From a virus (lineage: Duplodnaviria; Caudoviricetes): DNA of 30,984 nucleotides. The stretch is taken from the IMG/VR virus record IMGVR_UViG_3300031673_000322, positions 1 to 30,984 of that record; one strand, given 5' to 3'. This document shows positions 9,243 to 19,000 of the stretch, piece after piece. The position numbers were made by a program, and so were the translations under genes. Every line of letters begins with the position of its first letter. Position 1 is the stretch's first letter. Below the pieces are notes generated by a model. It was not told the DNA's origin. It was given only the letters and a program-made list of their open reading frames with translations, and searched no databases.

Positions 9243-10279
9243 TGAGAATAACACTCGGAGAAGCAAAAACATTTCTTTGCCCTTATGTGGGATCGGGGTT
9301 GACATCCACGAACCCGAAGGTCGTGGACGCCATTAACGAGACGGTCATGCGTCTGCTCCCGAAGCTTCCCGCCGAGGGAACGATGGCGAGGTTCAGGTTC
9401 TGGATCAACAACGGCACAATAACGATGCCCCGAGAGATCCAGACCCTGAAGAAAGTTAATATCGACGAGTCCCCCGTCAATATATTCTCGAAATGGTATG
9501 AGTTCCTCACCTTTGGTGCTGGCACCTTGGAGTCCAACTCCGCCTGCCAGTCCGACTTCGTTGATCTCGGGGATGGATACTGCACACACTCCGATCCGTA
9601 CACCGCCTATAATGTGCTTGTGACACCAACCGAGAACGAAACCGACAAGAAGATTCGTATTATGGGACTGGACGAGAACGGGCTTGAAGTGCGGAGCGAC
9701 GACGGCCCGGGAGAAGAAGTTGACATTAGTTTCGTAATGAATAAATATTCAACGCACAAATTTTCCTGCATCACAGGCGTCGTCAAGCCACAGACGAGGG
9801 GGTATGTCTACCTGTCGCTTTATAATGTCGATCCGCTTCTGAGGTACAACCTTGCTACCTACCATCCCGACGATACCAATCCGTCTTTCCGTCGATATCG
9901 AGTGACCGCCGTCTGCCAATGTCGGGAGGCGAGGACGAATTGCTACCTGTGTGCCTACAAGGACACCTGTAATGCGTACACAAACTGCCTGAACACCGCC
10001 GATACTTATACCCCGCCCTACACCTGCGTGGCGTTGGTGAAGTTGCGTTACATCCCGCTGACCTACAACACAGACCCTCTCCTGATCCAGAATCTACCCG
10101 CCCTGAAGTCGATGTTACAGGGAATAAAGTTCTACGACGCTGGCGACTACGCAAGAGGCAAGGTGTACGAGAACATTGCGGTCTCCCTTTTAAGAGAGCA
10201 GCTCAACGACATCGAACCGCAGAATAATCAGATTGACATCGAATCGCAAATGCCGATGTCAAGAGTAGGAGTAATGTAA
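9242..10279 (+). CDS. Tail tubular protein A / head-tail adaptor-like protein
   Basis: TAATG coupling; N-terminal AINETVMRL helix and C-terminal helical pair typical of adaptors; synteny. Confidence 0.55.
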   Translation: MRITLGEAKTFLCPYVGSGLTSTNPKVVDAINETVMRLLPKLPAEGTMARFRFWINNGTITMPREIQTLKKVNIDESPVNIFSKWYEFLTFGAGTLESNSACQSDFVDLGDGYCTHSDPYTAYNVLVTPTENETDKKIRIMGLDENGLEVRSDDGPGEEVDISFVMNKYSTHKFSCITGVVKPQTRGYVYLSLYNVDPLLRYNLATYHPDDTNPSFRRYRVTAVCQCREARTNCYLCAYKDTCNAYTNCLNTADTYTPPYTCVALVKLRYIPLTYNTDPLLIQNLPALKSMLQGIKFYDAGDYARGKVYENIAVSLLREQLNDIEPQNNQIDIESQMPMSRVGVM

Positions 10280-10280
10280 C

Positions 10281-11414
10281 ATGGCAAATGAATATTTAAG
10301 CCGAGAAGATTACGAAGCACAAAATCCCGGTAAAAGCTACGAGGATTATCAGACCTCCAAAAATCAGAAGCAGCAGTATGATGCTTACGAAATGATGATG
10401 GGCGTTCCGCCGACCGAAGCTGTTGACTACGACGCTATGTACGGCTCGATGGCGGATATGTACGAGAAGATATCCCAGATGAATCTGGAGAAGTTTGAAT
10501 CGTATTGGCCTAAGTCAATCGAGGAAGGCATATCGGCGGGAGAGCAATTTGACACCGCTGGACGGGCCGCTGCGGGTCGTGCGTCAGCTTATAATATGCA
10601 ACTTGCCGACCAGATGAACAACTGGCTGGCAAACCTATCCAAATACGGCAATGCGTTCATGCGGGACGAGGCTACCAAATCCAATAAATGGATCATGGAT
10701 CAGGTCGGCGATGTCAACAAGTTCAACTCCGAAGAATTTTACACCGCCCTAGAGACCGCTATGCCCGGAGTAAGAGACACCGTCTCCGATTACAAGAAGA
10801 CCGTCGACCAGATGTTGTCTGGAGAGCTTCCAGACTCCGTCAAAAGCGAGATTGCCCAGACCGCTGCTGAGCGTGGTTTATCTACTGGAATGTATGGCCC
10901 AGCGTACGATAACGCCCAGTTGCGAGATCTTGGGCTTAGTCGCCTGCAGTATGTACAGGCTGGACAGGCTCAGATGGGGCAACTCTCGGGGATAGCAGGG
11001 CAGATGATGGCCCCTGTCGCCACGCCGAACATATACCAGAATGTCATGATGACGCCGACGCCTTACACCCCGCAACCGACATACGCACAGCCAAGTAATG
11101 TACCCGGAATTGCAGGCAACTATCTGTCGTCCATTATGGGCGGGACGATGATGCAGCCACAGGCAGGTATAGGAGCAGCGGTTCAGATGGGCGGAGTGCA
11201 GGCACAGATCAATCAGGCGAATACGCAGTTGCAATACTCGAAGGCAATGAGCGGTCTGAATTACGGGATGGATCAACAGGCACAGGCACAGAATTACGAG
11301 ATGTTTAAACAACAGATGAACGCACAGCAAGAGCAACAATGGTGGAATCTTGGAGGGAGCATACTTGGGGCAGCAGGCAAAGTAGGAGCGGCATTTGCAA
11401 TGCCGGGACTTTGA
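10281..11414 (+). CDS. Internal virion (DNA ejection) protein
   Basis: Q/M/A/G-rich helical protein ending in GGSILGAAGKVGAA; position between tail genes and the giant gene. Confidence 0.65.
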   Translation: MANEYLSREDYEAQNPGKSYEDYQTSKNQKQQYDAYEMMMGVPPTEAVDYDAMYGSMADMYEKISQMNLEKFESYWPKSIEEGISAGEQFDTAGRAAAGRASAYNMQLADQMNNWLANLSKYGNAFMRDEATKSNKWIMDQVGDVNKFNSEEFYTALETAMPGVRDTVSDYKKTVDQMLSGELPDSVKSEIAQTAAERGLSTGMYGPAYDNAQLRDLGLSRLQYVQAGQAQMGQLSGIAGQMMAPVATPNIYQNVMMTPTPYTPQPTYAQPSNVPGIAGNYLSSIMGGTMMQPQAGIGAAVQMGGVQAQINQANTQLQYSKAMSGLNYGMDQQAQAQNYEMFKQQMNAQQEQQWWNLGGSILGAAGKVGAAFAMPGL

Positions 11415-11524
11415 CAAAACAAGTAACAACTCAGCATATGCTGGCGGTTACAGCGGAAGATACGGGTCAGATAATTTAAATCCGTACAGCGAGACGAATC
11501 TAGGTTATTAAAAGGAGAATTTAA

Positions 11525-13060
11525 ATGGCATATCCAGTATATCAGAGGAGAGAGCAAGTACAATATCCTGACCCGAAGAACATGGTTGTCAACTGGTCGA
11601 GAGCTGCGGACAAGATTACTGAGGGGATCACCGAGGGGATCAGTCTGGGAATGAAGATAAAAGAAAGCAAGGAAAAATCTGCCATGAACCTTGCGAACCT
11701 CAAGTCCCTCGATGTAGCCACAAGGACAAAGCAGTTCGAGCTTCAAACAGCGGAGATGAGAAGGGCGGCCTTGTTGAGAATGGACGCTTTGACTGAAAAA
11801 AATTTAGATGCTCAAAATCAGATAAACTATAGTGCCTCCGCTATTTCAGCAGCACAGGCAAAAAGTGCCATGCAAGCAAAAATGAACGCTCAGGATCTTC
11901 AAGCACTTGAGATCAACACTCAATACCTAGACCCAATAGAAGATATTATTAATAACGCATCGGTAATGGAGGCACGGATAGCACAGGTTGGCGACCCGTC
12001 GGTGGCATATCAATATCTCAACGATGCAAAAAAGGAAGTAGACGAGTTACGGGGCAAGATAGGGATTAATATTTCTACTTTTGCCCAGCGACTTAAAAGA
12101 GGAAAGAACGACGCTCGGGCGGATCAAATATCAAAACTTGATCCAATTGTTCTGGAAGAGAGGTTTTTGGGGAAGGTAATGGTTCCTATATATACGAACG
12201 AGCTTAAAAAATACGACTATGGTTTATATGCCGGGGGAGACATTGGCGACATCGAAAAGCCGACTGCAATTACCACAACATCGGTAACTATGGTTCCGTG
12301 GACTGTTGCGAAGAATTACTGGCGTGGCAAAATGAGTACAGAAACTTTTGAGTCCGTAAGAGAGAGTGCGTCTAATCCTGAAAAGTTTGATAAACTAGCA
12401 AGGGAGCAGGGACTTGGTCATTTACTTCCCAAGGTTGTAACCCCAGCAGTAGGCGTGGACGGAGTTCCGCTCGATCTTAAATTTATGAAGCCAGCAGGCG
12501 AGAACGAAACAATATCGGAGCAGGCTAGAAGGGAACTGGTTCTGGCTGGCGAGAAAAGTCCCCTTAATGTAGCAACAGGATCAATAACTCAAAAGTTAAG
12601 CGAAAAATTAACTACTCACGAGTTCTCCGTTGTAAGTGGGCTTATAAATCCGGGTACGGGATTACTCTCCTATTCTCCTGCTATAGCAAGAGAGACGGGA
12701 AGTATTGTTAAATGGCTGGCAGAAAAAACTGGAATTGGGATAGAAGCGTCGTATAAATTGCATGATAAAATAAAAAACATACTTCCAAGGGCTGGAGAAG
12801 CGACAAAAGCGTTTAGGGGCAACCCCGCCAATGTAGAAGCGGAAAATAAATTCTGGGAAGGAAGGCGTAACGATTTGTATGCGGAATTACCCACCGCCTC
12901 CCCCGCCCGTAAGGCTGTTATTAATGAGGCGATCGGGCTTATCAATCAACAACATCTAAAGCCACAGACAGAATTTCCCGACGAAGCATCTGCAAGAGCT
13001 TATGGATGGAAGACTGGGGATACTATAACTATTAATGGTCGCCCGGGAACCTTAGACTAA
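11525..13060 (+). CDS. Internal virion (DNA ejection) protein
   Basis: AAGGAG RBS; GITEGISLG followed by coiled coil; C-terminal KTGDTITINGRPG motif. Confidence 0.6.
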   Translation: MAYPVYQRREQVQYPDPKNMVVNWSRAADKITEGITEGISLGMKIKESKEKSAMNLANLKSLDVATRTKQFELQTAEMRRAALLRMDALTEKNLDAQNQINYSASAISAAQAKSAMQAKMNAQDLQALEINTQYLDPIEDIINNASVMEARIAQVGDPSVAYQYLNDAKKEVDELRGKIGINISTFAQRLKRGKNDARADQISKLDPIVLEERFLGKVMVPIYTNELKKYDYGLYAGGDIGDIEKPTAITTTSVTMVPWTVAKNYWRGKMSTETFESVRESASNPEKFDKLAREQGLGHLLPKVVTPAVGVDGVPLDLKFMKPAGENETISEQARRELVLAGEKSPLNVATGSITQKLSEKLTTHEFSVVSGLINPGTGLLSYSPAIARETGSIVKWLAEKTGIGIEASYKLHDKIKNILPRAGEATKAFRGNPANVEAENKFWEGRRNDLYAELPTASPARKAVINEAIGLINQQHLKPQTEFPDEASARAYGWKTGDTITINGRPGTLD

Positions 13061-13061
13061 A

Positions 13062-16000
13062 ATGAGCATCACATTTCTTGATGAAGCACCATCTCAAAAT
13101 AAAGGCATTACTTTTCTGGACGAGAGTTCAGGGGTAAATCCTAACCCCAGCGTTCCCCTCACTCAAAAAACTCGTGACGCCGCTGGCGGTGGCAAGCCAG
13201 AAGATGGTGGATTCTTAAGCGACCTTTCCTTGGCAGGCAAGGTGATCGGGACTGGAGTCTACTCCGCCTTTGCCGATATGTTTCCGAAGATCCTCGCCGA
13301 GGCAATCCGTGCTGGTGACATCGACACAGACACCGCCAACACCGCCCTCGACCGCTGGATTCAGGAACAGAAGAAAGACCTCGAGCGTTGGGATCTCACG
13401 GAAGCCGAGAAGAACGACAAGTTGTTCGGGATTATCAAGGCACAGGATGTATTGTCTGGATTACAGAATCTCGGCTATTCCGCTGCGATTGGGGTAGCTG
13501 GTATGGTAGGCGGTGCTGCGATTGGATCTTTGGCGGGGCCAGCAGGAACGGTCGCAGGAACAATAGGCGGAATAGCAGGGGGGGTAGCTGGTGCGGGAGC
13601 CATTACCTTCCCTGTGATGTATAGAGCCACCAAGGATCAGTTTTTGGCTGATATGCTCGACAAGGCACAAAGAGAAAAGCCAGATCTCACCGACGCCGAA
13701 TGGAACGAGATGAAGGTTGCTCTGGAGTCCGACGCCCAGATGTACGCCTTTTGGGAGGCAGCCCCTGAGACGGTCGGCAATATGATCACCGCTGGTATCA
13801 TCAAGACCCCAATCGGCTCGATCCTGAAGCGTATCCCTGATATTAAGAACATCATCTCACGCACCCTCGCAACGGCTGGCACTAAGATCGCACTCGATAT
13901 TCCTGAGGAGTTGGCGACAGAAACTCTTACCCAGTATCAGCAGGCTAAGATCGAGGCAAAGCCTGAGGTCGGCTTGCGTGACAAGGCACCCACGATTAAG
14001 GAAGCGTTCACGGAGATTGCTCCTCAGGTTCTTGTGACCACGATTGCGGGGCTGGGAATGGGATCAGTTGCATCCAGAGCGTCCGAGGTCAGGCAGGAGA
14101 TCAACTTCCACCAACGGCTTAGTAAACTGGGATATGAACCCAAAGTAATCAGGGATCTCTCCTCGAAGATCGGCTTTGACGAAAGTGCGTTACGACTTGC
14201 TGAGCAAAACGCTCCTGTAGTAGCTGAGGCAATCAACAACAATATGTTACCCTCGACCATAGGAGAAATGAAAGGATCCCTGCTCCCGAGTCTTGTGCTG
14301 ACGACCTACAACAATGCCAGCGATAACGGGGCAAATCCTACCGCTGGCAGGGCTGCGGTCGAGGAACTCGTTCGGTCGGATAATTACAAACGCTTCCAGA
14401 AGCTTTTGAGACAGGCACGGGTAGATCAATCAGCAAAGAAAAAAGGAGGCAAAGATGCCGAAGGTACTAGAGGACAAGCTGAAGAGAGAGGCAAAGAAAC
14501 GAGGGTACGGGAAGAAGAAGGCAGGAGCGTATATTTACGGTACAATGCGGAAAACAGGCTGGAAGCCACCGAAGGAACAACATCAGACTTGGAGAGAGAA
14601 ACACGAGAAGCGAAGGAAGCGGAAGAATTAGCGGTGTCCTCGTCCATTCCAACCACTAAAGTTAAAAAAGGGCAACAGCCCATTACGACTAAGGGAATTA
14701 GGGCGGGGACACTTCCGCAAGTTGAGCCAGCGATAATGCAGGCGATACAAAAGGACGAGGCGGTTAACAGGATTGGTCTTGCGAAACCACCGCCCGTGCG
14801 ACCAATTGGTGAAGCCAAGTTTGCAACCACGGCTGAAGAGGCGACTCCCGCCGTCACTTCGTTTATTGAGAATATAGCAGGTCAGGGGCGTACCTTGCCT
14901 GTAAGTGAGAAAAGACCTGATGCCGACGCCGTCATCCTTACCGGGGTCAGGGTAGACCTTGCTCCAGACGGCAACAGGGTGCGGATTATTGACATGAAGG
15001 CGTTTGAACCCGGGCAAGGGGATCTCGTCAACCTGATGAGGATGCTGAGAGAAACCGCACGGGATACCAATGTTGATCTGGTGGTTACTCCTGCTGGAGA
15101 TAGTGCCGCACAGAAGAGTGCGGTGACTACATGGTATGGAGAGAACGGTTTTATACCCGAACCGAACGGCGATATGATTTTCACGCCAACAACAACCGAA
15201 CCACAGGAAGCCCAGAAGCAGGCGTTTATGGCTAGGGCAAAAAAGAGGATCAGGCTAGTCGCCGAGGCACGACCCGCCGCAAGGTCGTATGCATTCAGTC
15301 GATTTACGAATTCGCCTATGTCCGAAAAGGAGATTGAGGATGAGTCGGATAAGGCACTCGCCAAGGCAGTCGCAACCTTTGATATCGACAAGCCCAACTT
15401 TACGAGCTGGATGAAGACAGTTGTATCCCAGAGTCTCCAGAACTACATAGACAAAGTAAACAATGCAGCCAAGAGAGAGCCTTCGACAGTAAGTTTCCAG
15501 ACGCCAGTTCGGGTCGGTGCAACAGCGGAGGGCGAGGCGGTCGAGGTAAGTAAGGATGTATCCGAGATAGTAATGGAGAAGGGCAACCCGAGGGACATCG
15601 TAATGTCAAACGAGTTCTGGGAGGACTGGAAGAGGTTGCTGGGGGTTTGGGGACTTGAGGGCTTGTCAGAGACCAGAAGAAAGGTTATGGTTCGTCATTT
15701 AGAGGGGATGAATCACGCCACCATCGCAAGGGAACTTGGCTTCGATCAGACCAAGGTCGAGAGGGAATACGCTGGTGCCACGAAGCAGTTCAAAGAATTT
15801 CTTGATAATCATGGCTTCGTGGAAGCCGAGGCTCAGCAGGTATTGGCGGAGGTAAGAACGAGAGATGTATTTTATGGAGGATTAAAAGATGACACAGCAA
15901 GACCAACAGAACAACCAACCAAGCAGCCGAGTAAACGACCTAGTGAACAACCTAGCGGACGAACAGTCCCCCGGGGAGGACAGCCCGTCCAACGAGTCGG

Positions 16001-19000
16001 AGAGCCATCCGTCGCTGGTGAAACTGAAGAGCAAAGACGGCAAAACCGTAGTGACATTCTCCGTACGGGTTGGAACGCCTTACGAAGACTCAGACGCAGA
16101 GCAAGTGCAAAAGGCAATACAGGCTGGGATGCTCCCGTTGTAGACCTTATCCGTGGGGCAGAGCCAGTCTTCAAAGACCTGAGCAACAGGGCGGTAGAGA
16201 TTACCGACATATTTGCCCAAGAAGGATATACCGCCGTCTTCATCCATAACCCGCTGGTTAGGATATCCGCCGTGACGATGGCGGACGAGAAGGTTGTCGT
16301 CTTTAACCAACGGACAATCGACAGCTCCCATGAATTATTCCATGTTAAGATCAATAAGGGTGACGCAGGGGCGATGGCGATCCTCAAGTTTGTCAGGGAC
16401 GAGTGGGGTGTAAGCAATGATATGTTCACAAAATATCGCCTCGGGATGGCAAAGTCCCTGAGGACTGATATCGCCAATATTTCCCGAGAGAGGGTCGAGG
16501 AGGATATCGCAGCTGATTACTACCAAGCCACGATAGATAATAGGCTGTTCTCCCGCAACAATGTCGAGTTCTTTGGGATGGTGACCATCGACAGGCTGGC
16601 TGGATACCCAGAGACAACCCTCCCTCCGTACATTACGGAAGGGGAGACAGGTGAAATAAAAAGTAGTCCTCCTGCACCCAACGCCTTCCAAGATGGTAAG
16701 GACGCACAGGAGATAACTCGCAAATACGGAGATGCCACAGGATCCATTGAAGACATTAAATATGCCGTCAATAATAAATATACCATGAAATCATTCCCAA
16801 TACCCGTCGGACAACTCGCCACGCTCGATGAGCTGGGCAAGCCACTTTCAAATGTATTTAGTGCTGAGGCACAGATATTGAATCAACTCTTCCCTAATTT
16901 ATTCAAGGGAGACCCATCTAAACTTAGCATTATAGATTCCATTAATGTTATCCGAAAGGCTAAAGCAAACGGAGACCTTGCTGATTTTATGACAGGGAAA
17001 CGCATTTCTGATAATAGCATTATATCTTGGAGTGGTACTCAGGCGTCCAACACTATAAGAAAAGTAGAAGCCTCTTCGTTCAGAAGGATGAAACCAAACG
17101 AGCTTACTGGCACGGGCGGATTTTGGACAAAGAACATTAAGACTGGACTCTCCCTTGACTTTGCCTTGTCGTCCTGTGTTCCTACCGCCGCCTGTCCACG
17201 ATGCTACGCGGCGTCTGTCATTCAGTCCCACACATTTCAACAAGTCAATTATTTCAGAAACCTTCTCTGGGCGATCCACGATCCCAACGCTTTTGCTGAT
17301 GCTTCTTTGAAGGAATTAAAGGGTATACATTCGTCGATGACAAAAGAATCGTTAGCTTCCCTCGGAGGAATGCATATTAGGTTCAATGCATTCGGGGATA
17401 TAGGATTCAAAGAACAAGTGCAAGCCATGAACCGCATCATAGAAGGTATGCCACAGGATACAATCGCAGTTATCTTTAGTAGAAATCATACGGCACGATG
17501 GAAAGGGCAGGGTGCTTTGGATCAAATCGTTGTTCCAAAAGGAAAGAATGTAATCATAAATGCCTCGGTAGATCGCCAGCTCGTGCGTGAGTATGGCATT
17601 TCAGCACTCAAGAAACTTCCAAAGAATTGGAATATATCCTACCTTTATGTTGGCGAGGAAGATATTAATGTTTTGAGAAAACTTCTTAATGCCGATCTAT
17701 TCCCGATCATACACATCGACAAAGATGACTACAACAATGATAGCATACGGACATCTCTCAAAAAGGCTTATGTTGATACTGGGTATGAAGCAAATACTGA
17801 CACAGCCACCGTCTGCCCCTGCTCAGTAAGATTCCAGCCTCAGGCATCCTCGTGTGTGCAATGTCAAAAAGGTACGCACGGTTGCTTCCGTATGACAAGA
17901 GTGGCGGTCAATAATAAACTTGTGAGGGGTGCGGCGTTGGCGAGAGTAATGGTCTCGTTAAAGAAGACAAGAGACGAGTTGAAGGTCGATAAAAAAGGAA
18001 AACAAAAGACCAGCCCCATCAGGTTGTGGGATGGAGCCTTGGTAAAACCATTATCTATTATCGAAAGAAATCCCAAGAATATTGGTAGGGCAGAAAAATA
18101 TATAGAACACCTCGGAAGAACCGTCGAGCAACTACAGACCGAAAAACCACAGGCAGTTGCAAAAGCGACTGAGATCGTGAGCGGAAAGATTCAGCCGACG
18201 GTTAAGTTCGCCGTCGAGGAAAGTCAATTAGCCGACGGATCAATCATAATGGAACAGCCTAAGTTCGCTGTTACTTCTATGCCTATTGAGGAAGCGAAAA
18301 ACGACGAGTCTGTTTTCTGGCACGGTTCACCAAGCGGAGACCTTCGTGGATCAGCCAATGGTCTTCATATTGGAACATACACCGCAGCAAAGCAGGCTCT
18401 TGAAGCACGGATCGGGGTACCCGCAGTCGGCGAATGGGACGGAACAAGAGAATACGGAAAGACTCTCATCGCAGGGAATAAGACATTGAAAAAAATTGAT
18501 CCAAGAGGATACAACCAAACTGGATTTAATATTGAAGCACCAGAGGAAGATTATTATCCTACTGGAAAGGCAGAGTACAGCGACAGGACGCCCGTAGCGA
18601 TGACGGCAACGCCAAGCCTTAGGGCGTTTAGGATCACGGGCAAAATGAGCAATACTCCTCAGAACGCCTTGGAAGATTTTAAGGCAAACGCTGTGATGCG
18701 TGGGCAAATAACACGGGGAATGGCAAGGCGGGGATATTTTTACGAAAATGTTGGAGAGGATGAGGGATCTATTTCCGCAGTAATTCCCGCCTCTTCTCAT
18801 ATCGAAGAGATATCACTTACCGAAGAACCCAAGACCGCCGTCACCTCCACCGAGGATCAGGTGTATTACCACGGAACGCAAAGTGAGTTTGCCGAATTCA
18901 GCGATAAGATAACGAATATCAATGCCTATGGCAAGGGGTTCTACTTTACCACGGACAGACAGAGTGCCGAACGATATGCAAAGGCAGAAGAGGGTGGTCG

